Source of the DNA: Trypanosoma brucei
Lineage: Eukaryota
Assembly (NCBI GenBank): GCA_000002445.1
Contig: CM000208.1
Coordinates: forward strand, 352,001-416,000
Reading direction: 5' to 3'
DNA: 64,000 bases
Shown: positions 53,760 to 64,000 of the stretch, piece by piece
Layout: each line of letters opens with the position of its first letter
Numbering within the stretch: the first letter of the stretch is position 1
Translations under genes and position numbers: made by a program
Notes under the pieces: model-generated
Told to the model about the DNA's origin: nothing
Seen by the model: the letters and a program-made list of their open reading frames with translations, nothing else
Databases searched by the model: none

Positions 53760-56700
53760 CTACTTCTTGCCTTGAGTTGCGGAGGTGGAAGCAGATCCGG
53801 TCGATTGCTGCACCTGTTGCTGGGCGTTTCGGGACTCCACTGAGCGTCGCAGTTTTGTGAACATACTCTCTAAGAAAGATGTACTGCATATAAAACTCTT
53901 CTCCCAGAAACCATACTCTGGGGCCCTCATGAGCTCCATGAATGTACTGAGTACTCCCCACGGATGCGGTTGAATGATGAGTGTTTTTTCCACCGCCACA
54001 CGAGTGATTTGCTCTTGGATGCACTGCTGAACCACGGCGTTGCGAATGGATCGGTGGGGAAGGAAGAGGTTGGATATAACCTTCACGAAGAAGTTCGTTT
54101 GACAGTTCGGGTAACGCAGATGGTTAGCGCAGGAACAGATAAAGTAATAGCGGTGTTCGTGGTCCAATGAGCCCGCAAGGTGGCGGTAGAAACGCATAGC
54201 GTTGGATTCAGGAAAGTTGGGCTTCACAGCATGATCGTTTACCTGCAAGTACACAATGCAAACGTGCAGTACGATGGCATTCATCAGCCGCCAGTTGTGC
54301 AACGACTGCAACTTCTCCACAATACTTTGCATGTAAGACTCGGACATTGGTCGGTCATCCTGCAATTTCTCGGACAAAGCGTTTCCATCGAAGTGGTGCT
54401 GTTTGAAACTCTCCTCAATACACTTTACTTGATTGTCGGTCGCAGGGTGCTTCCGCATCTCCGAGCCATCGTCTGGCACACGCGCAAAGAACTCCGGTAA
54501 CTTCACACCCGACGGGAAGGAGCACAAAACAGTGTTTAGCAACTGCACACAGTACGGTGGGATGGCGTCACACAACTGGTAGTGATACGTAATAAGAAAG
54601 CGTGAGTAGTCGTGTGTGAGTACCAACATCAGCTTGAAGAACGCCTTGTAGAACACGAGTACGTTTTTGGAAATATTTCCTTCACGCGTGAAGCGCTCAA
54701 TAAACTCGAGCCCCTGAACTAACAGCGCAACATAGGAGGGCCAGGGCACAGGCGAACGTAGACAGCGGTTGAGGAATATACGGTGACTCACAAGCTCCAG
54801 CCATCCAAAAGTGAACGCAGGATATTTGAGTGGCGGGAGGTTATGAAGAGTATCAGCAAAAGCACTTGTGATTTGCTCCATCGTCTCACGCTTTGGCGAA
54901 TCCGCACGCACGAGCGTGGTAAAGAGATTACTGAAGAAGCGCACGTAGGGTTGTTGTTGGAACATCGGTGCGTAGGCGGTGCCAGCGGGAAGCTCAGACT
55001 TTGCATTTCCAAGGTGATTGGGGTTCTGAGCCTGTTGTAAACGTACAACGACCGCCTGATGATTATCTATGAGCGCCCATTGGAACGCATCCAGAACCCG
55101 CCTGAGTAACGTAAGAAGTGTCCGCGACTCGTTCTTCAACGAGCAGTAATATAACAACACTGTCACTAGGTCAGACAAGGCATCCACATGTGTGAAAAGC
55201 CCGTCATCGTACTGGTAACGATGGGGTGGAGCGTTGCCTGGCTTCCATTCAGCGGTCAAAGCACGGCCGAGTACCGCCGGGTTGGAGCGCTCCAACTCCA
55301 ACGACTTGGTGGCGTAGTGTTCAACACAGAAGCGTAGTGACGTAGTGAGGAACGTCCTAAGTTGCGGGCCGTCAAGCTGCTTGTTGTCTCGTAACTTCAT
55401 CATGTACTCATACTGTGGTGGTGGTTTGTTACCCGGTAACGCCGCTGATGTTGTAGACGTAGGAGCAGCGGTGGCAGAAGCGGGGGACGATGTAGTCGGT
55501 GCTGTTGCGCCCTCCTGTGACGGAGCATTGGTCGCGGCACCACTGGCCTGGTTAGACTCGCTGGACGAGCTGTGCATTCTCCGTGCGTTAACAATCAACC
55601 ACTCTTCAAACAATCCTCGAATTTTCTCTGCATCTTCTTGATTTTGGGGTGCAAGCGTAGGCACAACAAGCCGCCGTACATGCTGCTCTACCAAGTTGGA
55701 GAGCGCAGGGGAAGCTCGCATGGCGTTGGTTGGTGCTGCGCCTCCCGGCGCCATCTGAGCCCCACCCATTGCTCCCGAATCCTGTCCACTCGCAGGAAGT
55801 TGCTGGGACTGTGGCTGGTGCCGCTGCTGCTTGGGCTGATTCTGCTGCTGGCGGGGCGTTTGGTTGTCCTGTTTACTGGCAATGCTCTCTAGCTGGGACA
55901 CTGTGTCCCTCAATTCCTTTGCACTAAGGAGCTTCTCATTCACGATTACCCTGGATAATGTTGCGCCAGCGAAGTCTACTACACCTTGCCGCCCCATCCC
56001 CTCAGCCAACAGTGCCTTAGAGAGCGCCGCGTCGAATCTGGAGACGTTGAGCACCTTAATACGCAAGAGATTAACCGCAAGGTCCGTGTAGCTCCAGCGC
56101 TGCTCCGCCTGCAAATACAACTGCGTCAATTCTTCGCGAATAATATCTCCCCCGCGCTCATAACACGTTTGCAATACAAAGAGGTAGACCTCGTTGAGCA
56201 GGTTGCAGACATTTCTGTGACGAGCAGTAGTGAGGTCATTGCTTGCGGCTGTCCCACTATCGGCACGCTTCATCGCACCTGCAAGCACAAACAACTTGCG
56301 AAGCATTGGGCCGACGCAGTAGATGGCTGTTTCGGCATTGATGATGTTTGAAATACCGATTACCCGAGTGCGGATAACATCGTGGCTTTCGCCAAAGTGT
56401 CCGTTCGCAAACTCGGGGCTTGTCAGCGATAGCACCTTAGCGTCGCCCGTAGAGTAGTGTTGGACTGTGGCGTCCTCCAACGTACGCACATACGCAGTAA
56501 GCAGCCCAACAACGGGCACACTGTTGTTGAATTCCTCATAGACTGCCCGCTGCAGCGGTGGCAAATTGTGAGGCGGTCGCAACACCTCACCCATATGCAT
56601 CAACAGATCCCGCACATCGTGATACTCCTTTGGGGCTCGTGGGGGTTCACGGGCGGTAATTTGATCAATCTTTTCCTTGATAATCTTGTCTAACTTCTCA

Positions 56701-59700
56701 TGCAGGCGCTTCGCTCCTTCCTCTGCCGCCTGCCATTCAAGCGCACGTACACACAAATCCATGTTATTTTCACGGATTAGCCCTTTCAGCCGCTCACGGC
56801 GCTCCGTGTAGCTGGGCACGTTAACATCAATCAAACGGCTGATGAGATCACCAACCTGCACGTTAAATGGCTCTGGAAGTGCGTCACGGATGGCCACTGT
56901 GCACAAGTTGGAAGCCAGAGAACGAGCCATCGCATCCGCTGCCCGGAGTTGCGCCTTAATGTCGCGGTCGAAAAGAAAGTCCTTAGTGGTAATGTGGCAG
57001 GCTGTTACAGCGGCAATTGTGCCGGAACGCTGCACCGTCGGCTTGAGTTCCTGCGTAACCCTTTCAAGCGTTTTGGCCAGGTATCCCTTGTACACAGCAA
57101 GCCGTTCGCCAAAAAGGCTCGCCTCTTCCTCACTTACCCGCACCGTTTCAGGTGTGATAACGATGGGAGGCCTACGCGGGCCCACAGCCTCAAAAGCAAG
57201 TGCTCCACCCGACGGAACCATAGAATCCTTTGGCTTAAAGGGCTCCGCGTTGGCCTGAAGAGGGCGGTTGGCACGGGCAGCCTGGGTTTGCAATTGCGGC
57301 TGCGCTGCCTGTTGTGGTTGTTGAACTTGCTTATGCGGTTGTTGAACGACATCCTGGAGTTCCATCTTATCCACACGGAAGTCGGCACTCTGGTGAATGT
57401 TTATTTCTCTATACACATCAGATATGCACAACTGTGTGCTGGAGTGGATGGGATGCATGTTGTAGTACTGCTCGATTTCCTCCAGTTTCACATTCATGTG
57501 TTTGCAAAGAAGATCCACCTCAAACCTGAGTGTCACCCGCAGGTTTCTGAGGTTATACATTTCCCACAGGAGACATAATTGCCGCATCGTCCACGGATTG
57601 GGTGGGCAGAAGAAGCGTGAGTCCATGCAATGATGCAACACTCTTGCAATACATGAAACTACTGCCATAAGTTTTCCCTCGCGCAACCCGAGGATAATCA
57701 AATCCTTGAAGCATAGTTCCTGAGCCGTAATGGGAATGTTCTTGGCTAGGGTTAGGAGCCCAAGCCAATAGCCAAGATTCTTGAGCAGTGAGCGCTCCCC
57801 AGGATCGGCGCGTATCTTGTCACTGCTAAGCAGCAGCTTGATGGAAGAAACGGTAGCGCTGCGTATCGCCTTCTCCAACTGCTTCGACTGCAGGTTGTTG
57901 AGGAGGTTCAGGTAAGTAGGATGATAATTCGGCTCCAACGCCGCACGTTTCACCACGAAATACTCAGCAAAGAACTCGTAGTACTCCGGACGTAGCTGTT
58001 TCGCTAACTCACGGGCATTATTTTCAACGTTGTGCAAATCCGTGTTACCAATTATGAAGTTGATCTGCTCCTGGATAACACGCGGCGGTGCTGTAATATT
58101 CTTCTTCGACAGCAGCGTCCCTATGTCGTGCTGATGCAACGTTGCTGCAGCCACGCGATCCTTCTGCTGCTCCGCTGCCAACATATTGTCGCGACGTTCC
58201 GTGCTGAGAGCCAGGACCGCCGGGTCAGAGAGCAACGATTCCACTTCCTTCTGTTGTTGTGTCGTCTTCTCTTGATTCTGTGCACGGCTCTGCGACTGGC
58301 GAGCCGCCTCCTCTGCCTTGATACCCCGGTTAATGGCGGCCATGATGCCAGGTATTCTTATGTCGAGGTCCTTCACATGACGCAGAGCACGCCCGTACTG
58401 CGGCCACTCTGCCAGCCTAGGTTTGATTTGTTCCAACGCTATGATTCCATACTCCTCCACCAGGTGGTCAGTGGGCTTTACAATAACCGGTAACAGGAGG
58501 GTCCACGCGCGTTGTTGTTGGTTCGGCGGAAGCAACTCCCGTGCTATCATCTGACCGTAAAGTGTGGCGAACAGTTGTAGTTCCTTGTGGGGATAGCAAC
58601 CAATAGCGTTGCACTCTTCAAACATGATGCTCACGATGCACGCACAGAGCTGCTTATCACGACTCTTGCTACTTTTCAAAAGCTGCTCAATGAAAGCGAG
58701 TGATGCTGAGATGGTCGGGTCGCCCGCCTTGTACATACGCCTGTAAAACTCCGTTGCATCGTTCTCCACGTCAGTGGGGAAAAGAGAATCAGTTGATGCC
58801 AAGAGTATACGCGCTTGTTCGGCAACGTCACGGAGCAGATCCTTCAGTGAAGAAGCAAGGAAAGTGTTGAGTGCGGCAGTAGCCTTTGGGACGTACTTCT
58901 GTTTATCCAGCAGCTGCTCCGCTACCTCAACAATAGACGTGGCCACTGCAAAGCGGTTTTCTGCGGCGTGAGCCCGAAAGTGCAACTTTCCCTCAAGTGC
59001 CTTACTAATCCAAGAGTCACCAGCACCACCACTCACACCGCAGTTGGCTCCGCCGCCGCCTCCCTCATTGGACTCATCCATGCACATTGCAATAGCAGTA
59101 ACCAACCGCGGGTTGCCACCAACCGCAAGGAACGCCCTAACAGCGTTCTTTGTCTTAAGCACTGCCTCCATTACGTCAATTGTACGACTCGGGACCACAA
59201 TAGTTAGCTCAGACAGTAGAGAAATGACGGTGTTCAACTTTCCGCGCCTTTCTGCCTCGGGGATGATGGTAGTTGCAACGCGTTCAAGCGGAAGCCGAGA
59301 GTCCCTCAAAATCAGTTTCGCGGTGCTGAAGTTTTTCATCGTACCTGGGAACGAGCCAAAGAGCAAGGAATACAGCATGAGAAGTGGATAGCGCAGCGCC
59401 GCCGGCCGCAACGTCTCGGCATCAAAGGCACCGTCGCGGCTTGCAACGTGTACAGCTGCTTCGAGGAAAGGGAAATAGCGCCACAACTCTACTTCTCCCG
59501 CGCGGCTTTCCGGAACTGTCGACGGTGACGCACTGGCACCGGAAGTCGTGGGACTTGAAGCCGCATCCGCAGCGTCCACTTCTACCAGCTCGATTGGTGC
59601 CATTTGGTCGCACGACAGCCCCTGCATCGAAACTTTCTCTGGGTGCTTAAGTATATATTCTAACACGGTGCGCTGCCGGCCGACGTTGCTCCATCTCCCG

Positions 59701-60740
59701 AGGAATATGGTAATCGGGGGATACACACCGGGTGTGCCGGTACCCTTGAACTTACAATACGCATCAAACACGATGGACACATGCTTCCGCACGAACGGTC
59801 CCTCGTTACTCTTATCAAGCATACGAAGGACGGTATCCCAATCCACCGGCTCCTGCACTCTCTCCTGAAGTAACTCCAAAAGTGGAAACGGTGAAATGGC
59901 AGCGTTTTGCTGTACCTTTGTTGGTTCACGCCCGGCTGAAGCCATGAGAGCGTTATACGTGTTCGTGTCCGTTGGCGCACTCCCTTGCGAGGCGAAGAAA
60001 CCAACCACATCCGCCACATCGACTTGGGTGACGGGACGGGGGAACAAGCTGAGCAACTCACGACAGTCTGCCGGCGTCGCCACACAAGCCGTGCCTAATT
60101 CATCAATGATCCTTGACAGGCTGACATGCATATCGACAACACCATCATGTGGCAATACTGTAACCCTGTCATTTGCGCCACCTGCGGCACCTGCGGCTGC
60201 GGCAGAGAGTTGAGTCTCCAAAGCTTGCACATCACCCAGTTGTCGTGCGAGGACACTGTAGGACCAAAGACTTGCGACGTCCTCCTTCACTGTGTATTGC
60301 GCCACACTGATGCCATTGAGGAACTCCGCAGCCGCCTCCTTTCCCTTTTTGCTGCCTGCCAGAAGACCCATCGCAAACTGCAGCTGCTGCGGGGGCGTGA
60401 GCTTCAAGTCCCGCGTCATGAGGGTCACCAGAGACTCCTTCGTTACAGTCACCGGCGACTCATCAACAGCCGCCGACACAAGCGTAAGCGCGTTACTCTT
60501 TTCAAGGGCCGTCGACACAAGTTTAGAGACAAGGAGATTTTTTTCCTCTGTCTGCGGGGGCGTCCATATAGAAGAGACAGCTGCAGACACAACAAACCTA
60601 TACAACTCTACAGACTGCCCGGCTATCTTTTCTAGAGCCTGCAGCGTTGTCTGGAGGGAACTCTTCGTCGCAGACGCTATGAGGTACCGCGCCGCAGCAC
60701 CACGGGAGCTCCCGATGTCAGTAGTATGCTCATACAACAT
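53760..60740 (-). CDS. NOT1: CCR4-NOT complex scaffold subunit NOT1
   Basis: 2326-aa ORF with an ATG start. C-terminal Not1 superfamily-homology region (LVFYKAFFKLMLVLTHDYSRFLITYHYQLCDAIPPYCVQLLNTVLCSFP, HVCIVYLQVND...) and a central MIF4G-like helical region. Its size is typical of NOT1. Confidence 0.9.
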   Translation of the reverse strand: MLYEHTTDIGSSRGAAARYLIASATKSSLQTTLQALEKIAGQSVELYRFVVSAAVSSIWTPPQTEEKNLLVSKLVSTALEKSNALTLVSAAVDESPVTVTKESLVTLMTRDLKLTPPQQLQFAMGLLAGSKKGKEAAAEFLNGISVAQYTVKEDVASLWSYSVLARQLGDVQALETQLSAAAAGAAGGANDRVTVLPHDGVVDMHVSLSRIIDELGTACVATPADCRELLSLFPRPVTQVDVADVVGFFASQGSAPTDTNTYNALMASAGREPTKVQQNAAISPFPLLELLQERVQEPVDWDTVLRMLDKSNEGPFVRKHVSIVFDAYCKFKGTGTPGVYPPITIFLGRWSNVGRQRTVLEYILKHPEKVSMQGLSCDQMAPIELVEVDAADAASSPTTSGASASPSTVPESRAGEVELWRYFPFLEAAVHVASRDGAFDAETLRPAALRYPLLMLYSLLFGSFPGTMKNFSTAKLILRDSRLPLERVATTIIPEAERRGKLNTVISLLSELTIVVPSRTIDVMEAVLKTKNAVRAFLAVGGNPRLVTAIAMCMDESNEGGGGGANCGVSGGAGDSWISKALEGKLHFRAHAAENRFAVATSIVEVAEQLLDKQKYVPKATAALNTFLASSLKDLLRDVAEQARILLASTDSLFPTDVENDATEFYRRMYKAGDPTISASLAFIEQLLKSSKSRDKQLCACIVSIMFEECNAIGCYPHKELQLFATLYGQMIARELLPPNQQQRAWTLLLPVIVKPTDHLVEEYGIIALEQIKPRLAEWPQYGRALRHVKDLDIRIPGIMAAINRGIKAEEAARQSQSRAQNQEKTTQQQKEVESLLSDPAVLALSTERRDNMLAAEQQKDRVAAATLHQHDIGTLLSKKNITAPPRVIQEQINFIIGNTDLHNVENNARELAKQLRPEYYEFFAEYFVVKRAALEPNYHPTYLNLLNNLQSKQLEKAIRSATVSSIKLLLSSDKIRADPGERSLLKNLGYWLGLLTLAKNIPITAQELCFKDLIILGLREGKLMAVVSCIARVLHHCMDSRFFCPPNPWTMRQLCLLWEMYNLRNLRVTLRFEVDLLCKHMNVKLEEIEQYYNMHPIHSSTQLCISDVYREINIHQSADFRVDKMELQDVVQQPHKQVQQPQQAAQPQLQTQAARANRPLQANAEPFKPKDSMVPSGGALAFEAVGPRRPPIVITPETVRVSEEEASLFGERLAVYKGYLAKTLERVTQELKPTVQRSGTIAAVTACHITTKDFLFDRDIKAQLRAADAMARSLASNLCTVAIRDALPEPFNVQVGDLISRLIDVNVPSYTERRERLKGLIRENNMDLCVRALEWQAAEEGAKRLHEKLDKIIKEKIDQITAREPPRAPKEYHDVRDLLMHMGEVLRPPHNLPPLQRAVYEEFNNSVPVVGLLTAYVRTLEDATVQHYSTGDAKVLSLTSPEFANGHFGESHDVIRTRVIGISNIINAETAIYCVGPMLRKLFVLAGAMKRADSGTAASNDLTTARHRNVCNLLNEVYLFVLQTCYERGGDIIREELTQLYLQAEQRWSYTDLAVNLLRIKVLNVSRFDAALSKALLAEGMGRQGVVDFAGATLSRVIVNEKLLSAKELRDTVSQLESIASKQDNQTPRQQQNQPKQQRHQPQSQQLPASGQDSGAMGGAQMAPGGAAPTNAMRASPALSNLVEQHVRRLVVPTLAPQNQEDAEKIRGLFEEWLIVNARRMHSSSSESNQASGAATNAPSQEGATAPTTSSPASATAAPTSTTSAALPGNKPPPQYEYMMKLRDNKQLDGPQLRTFLTTSLRFCVEHYATKSLELERSNPAVLGRALTAEWKPGNAPPHRYQYDDGLFTHVDALSDLVTVLLYYCSLKNESRTLLTLLRRVLDAFQWALIDNHQAVVVRLQQAQNPNHLGNAKSELPAGTAYAPMFQQQPYVRFFSNLFTTLVRADSPKRETMEQITSAFADTLHNLPPLKYPAFTFGWLELVSHRIFLNRCLRSPVPWPSYVALLVQGLEFIERFTREGNISKNVLVFYKAFFKLMLVLTHDYSRFLITYHYQLCDAIPPYCVQLLNTVLCSFPSGVKLPEFFARVPDDGSEMRKHPATDNQVKCIEESFKQHHFDGNALSEKLQDDRPMSESYMQSIVEKLQSLHNWRLMNAIVLHVCIVYLQVNDHAVKPNFPESNAMRFYRHLAGSLDHEHRYYFICSCANHLRYPNCQTNFFVKVISNLFLPHRSIRNAVVQQCIQEQITRVAVEKTLIIQPHPWGVLSTFMELMRAPEYGFWEKSFICSTSFLESMFTKLRRSVESRNAQQQVQQSTGSASTSATQGKK

Positions 60741-62136
60741 GGACTAAGGTAAATGGCTCTTAAAAAATGTGGGCCTGCAGCTGCAATCAGCACTGGTTGA
60801 CGCGCCACCCTCCGCGGATGCAGAAATGTTTCCTATACCTTTTCCTCAACTTTCCTCTGTTACTGAAAGGGTTGGTTCCCTTCCGACCAACAGGTCTTTT
60901 TCTTTTTCTTTTTTGCCCCCAAACACAGTCTTCTTTTTCCTCCTTCTCTTCCAGGGACCTTCACAACTGCGCAACCTTAGCTATGTCCTCCCTTTTGTTT
61001 GGCTCCTTATCCTTATTTATTTATTCTTTTTACTCTCTCCCTACTCTTCAGGCCTCTGTCACCCCGTCACTTAATTCGCTGAGCGCAATCCTTTGGGCCC
61101 CGAGAAAATGCGGTGGTAGAAACCTAATAACAACAGGAGGACCTGCGCGCGCAAACAAATGCTAAGACCTTCACACCTCGTACCACACGCTCTGGCGCCT
61201 CCTTTCCCCTCTCTGATGTAAGTAAATATGGAAATATTTACAAACTACACACAAAGGAAAAGGTAAGGGAAAGATTGTGCCTCTTTTCCTTTTCTTTTCC
61301 TTCCTTCACCCTTACTATATACTTATCTAAATATATAGATATATTAAGATGTATACGAGTGGTTATCCCCTTTACACGGCCCTGTAGTCGTACGCCTCAA
61401 TGCTGGTGCTGCCCAGCAAGAACACACGAACAAACCCCGGTAAACTTTCTCTCCCTCCCTTTTTACTTCTTCTTCAGTTCCTTGTTTCGGTCACAATGTA
61501 ACAAAATTCCTACCGCGCAAAAGAAGAAATAATTTTTAAAGAAGCGGAGTCTTCCTTAACCACTTAATTTTTCCGCCTTCTCCTTTACCGTCGGTTGACT
61601 TTATGATTTACCCCCAAAGCCACGCCTCTTTCCCCTCCTCCGCTCTTCTCTGGTTTGCTTTCCTCGTTCCTACTCTTTGAGTGGTCGTCAGTTAGGGTTT
61701 ACATAAAGTGTAAAGGAAGAAAAAAAATAATTTGTGAAGGAGGAAGAAAGGAAAAAAAAAAAAGAAACGAGACGAGACGAGATGTGGAAACAAAAGAGGC
61801 GATGTGGAGAAAAGCGATTAATAGAGAGAGCAACAAATTGTAACCTGAGCAAAAAAGAACAAAGGATTTTCTCAGAAAAAAGTGCCGGGGATGCAGTCCA
61901 ACATGGCAGAAGACCGTACAATCAACTCTTCCTCCACGCAAACCGAAGCAAGTACACTGATATTGAAACTTAAGCAACAGAAGGTAGTAGTAGTAATAAT
62001 AATAAGATTTCTTCCCTTGTCTTCCCCTAGTTACACACCTGACAGTTACGCAACGGTGATCACACGCCCCTCCTCCCATCTGCAGAACGAGTCACACCGT
62101 CGCCCAACATAATAGGCACCAACCGCGACGGTTCCT

Positions 62137-62946
62137 TCAGGAACAACAGCGGTTCCGTCGAGGTGTCGCAGCTGCTACGTTCGGGTTTGAACTGAGGTTC
62201 ACAGTGCTATGTTTGCCACCGCCACCTGACACAAGATTCGCCACCTCATCATCCTCCCCCGGCATATCATCTTCAATCCGCAGCAACCCTCGCCGCTTGC
62301 GACGCTTCGGTGCCCAGGCACTCGATCCTTCCGACTCAAAGAAAACACTGCCACCGGCTCCACTGGCACTATTGTTATTATTGCTACCGCCACCTCCACT
62401 CCCTCCACCCCCTGTGGCTCCCGCTGACGATGCTATAGCTGTTGCTAGCGTCTGAAACGCCTCCGCTACATTCATTCCCGTCCGAGCACTCGTTGAGAGG
62501 TGCTGAGCTCCGTGATCTTTTGCGAATCTCCGGCCCTTCTCTTCGCTCACCTCTCGCTCCTGCTCGAGATCGGATTTGTTCGCGCACACGACGAGTTGTA
62601 TTTGGTCCCCAACCACTGCGCGCAACTCTCGAATCCACAGACGCACCTTCTCGAGTGTGTCAGCGTCCGTCACATCGTAGACGAGGATTGCGCCGTTGGC
62701 ATTGCGGTAATAAATAGGACCAAGCGCATGGAACCGCTCCTGCCCCGCGGTGTCCCACACATTGAGATTGACGGTTTTGTCACTGTTAAGCAATGGAACG
62801 TTGACACTGCTGTACATGCTGGCCTGTGTGGTGCTACGCTGCTGGGCATCAAAGGTGTCGTTAACGAAACGGGAGATGAGAGATGTCTTCCCCACGCGTC
62901 CCTCACCAAGTAGGACAACCTTATAACTAGGCACCGACGACCGCAT
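62137..62946 (-). CDS. RAB21: Rab21-family small GTPase with a C-terminal -CCS geranylgeranylation motif
   Basis: 269-aa ORF with an ATG start. [52 protein letters not shown] and CANKSDL closely match human Rab21 ([15 protein letters not shown]...[31 protein letters not shown]...). A Gly/Ser-rich hypervariable tail ends in RRNRCCS. Confidence 0.9.
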   Translation of the reverse strand: [269 protein letters not shown]

Positions 62947-63468
62947 TTAAGCACAGAATGGACTAGTGGGTTGTTTTGCACCAGTACAAATATATATATA
63001 TATATATATATGTATCTGCTTAGTACAAGTACGGAAACCTAAGAACCAATATGGCACAATGTGGAAGTGTAAGTTCGTATATACACAAAGGTGTATACAA
63101 ACAACTTAATTTCAACAAATGTGTTCCACTCTCTGCTCGGTGCCGGGAAACAAAGAAAAGGGAAAGCAAAGGAGGGAGGGGGTCGCGGTTACATTCAGGC
63201 GTGGGCCCACCGCCCGCAACCAAAATATCAAAAGAAACACAAGTTCCAAAGTAAAATTATCAAACAAGAATGGCAAAAAAAAAAGGGTTCTTCTGCATCC
63301 CTTTATCCCGTTTATGGAAAATAAGTTGATGGTATGTGGAATCTATGCATGTAATTTTTTATGAAAAAGAATCTACCGTCAACGCAAACACTAACCAGCG
63401 CCTTAGCAACTAGAACACAAACACACATAAACACATACAAGGCTGCTAGCACGTAGAGGGTCAGTACT

Positions 63469-64000
63469 CTACAAACACGGTTGAGCTTTACTAATGGGTG
63501 GTACAATACGTAGTTTGTGGTGGTGTAGCGTCCGCGTGGCAGCGTGGAGTAACTGACGCACCTCCTCACAAGTTTCATGGACAGTCGGCAACTGACGTTT
63601 CACTTCTCTCAGTCGTTCGGCCTCAAGTCGTGCAGACGTTGTCCCTCCACTCGCTGGTGTACCCACCACCGCCGCCTGCGCTCTACGAGTGGAGTGGAAT
63701 GCAATAAAAGCATCAATACTGGCGCCGGCAAATGCGCTACCAGTATCTGTTTGGTCACCGCAGGTATCATTCCCACTCCTGGTATTCACTGACGTAGTTG
63801 CGAGATCAAACGACCTGAGAAGCGGCATCCTGGATTTCAGCGACGTCGCGTCATGGCCACTGCCCCTGCAACCTGAGTTATTCGCCTCTACCATTGCCAT
63901 CAGCTCCGCGCTGAGTGCCGCCTTGAGGGAGTACCGAGCCTTCATGTTGTGCTGCACCTTAGTTCGCAACGCCACATCATCCTGGGGAGTTCGGCTGTTG
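63469..64000 (-). CDS. Hypothetical protein, partial (5' end beyond the window; the track start at 63975 is a GTG)
   Basis: The open frame continues without a stop to base 64000 (..NSRTPQDDVALRTKVQHNMKARY...), so the true start is probably off-window. No domain recognised. Confidence 0.35.
   Translation of the reverse strand, partial: NSRTPQDDVALRTKVQHNMKARYSLKAALSAELMAMVEANNSGCRGSGHDATSLKSRMPLLRSFDLATTSVNTRSGNDTCGDQTDTGSAFAGASIDAFIAFHSTRRAQAAVVGTPASGGTTSARLEAERLREVKRQLPTVHETCEEVRQLLHAATRTLHHHKLRIVPPISKAQPCL

Noticed and set aside
53647-54024. 125-aa minus-strand ORF overlapping the NOT1 3' end
   Set aside because: It is an out-of-frame overlap with a much longer, domain-supported ORF.
61686-61696. 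Single ttagggtt telomere-like hexamer
   Set aside because: One isolated copy, not an array, and the context is ordinary intergenic sequence.

Overview
This 64-kb window looks like kinetoplastid (trypanosome) nuclear DNA. About 20 protein-coding genes all lie on the minus strand, so the whole window is one directional polycistronic unit with no strand-switch region, no tRNA or rRNA genes and no prokaryotic-type features. Purine-rich blocks on the + strand (pyrimidine tracts on the transcribed strand, the trans-splicing signal) sit upstream of each gene, and no conserved GT-AG introns were evident by eye. Gene content and order, read from high to low coordinates, are Rab21 GTPase, CCR4-NOT scaffold NOT1, methionyl-tRNA synthetase, an MKT1-like protein with a Gln/His/Pro-rich N-terminal extension, HGPRT, a protein kinase, a giant coiled-coil repeat protein, a twin Cx9C protein, methionine aminopeptidase 2, a second HGPRT, an HGXPRT-like paralog ending in SKL, a NEK-like kinase, a multi-RanBP2 zinc-finger protein and an SH3-domain protein. 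From memory this order matches a Trypanosoma brucei chromosome 10 locus, but no database was searched. The two most notable structures are described next. First, a 1.45-kb direct segmental duplication (15272-16718 and 37696-39141) carries two near-identical HGPRT genes whose few differences cluster at the C-terminal tripeptide, AKR in one copy and AKL (a PTS1-type glycosomal signal) in the other. Second, an 8.6-kb gene holds about 18 almost perfect 237-bp (79-aa) tandem repeats. A 5-kb strand-asymmetric microsatellite-rich low-complexity block lies between the MKT1-like gene and the downstream HGPRT copy. The supplied ORF track treats GTG and TTG as start codons, so several gene starts were moved to the first in-frame ATG.
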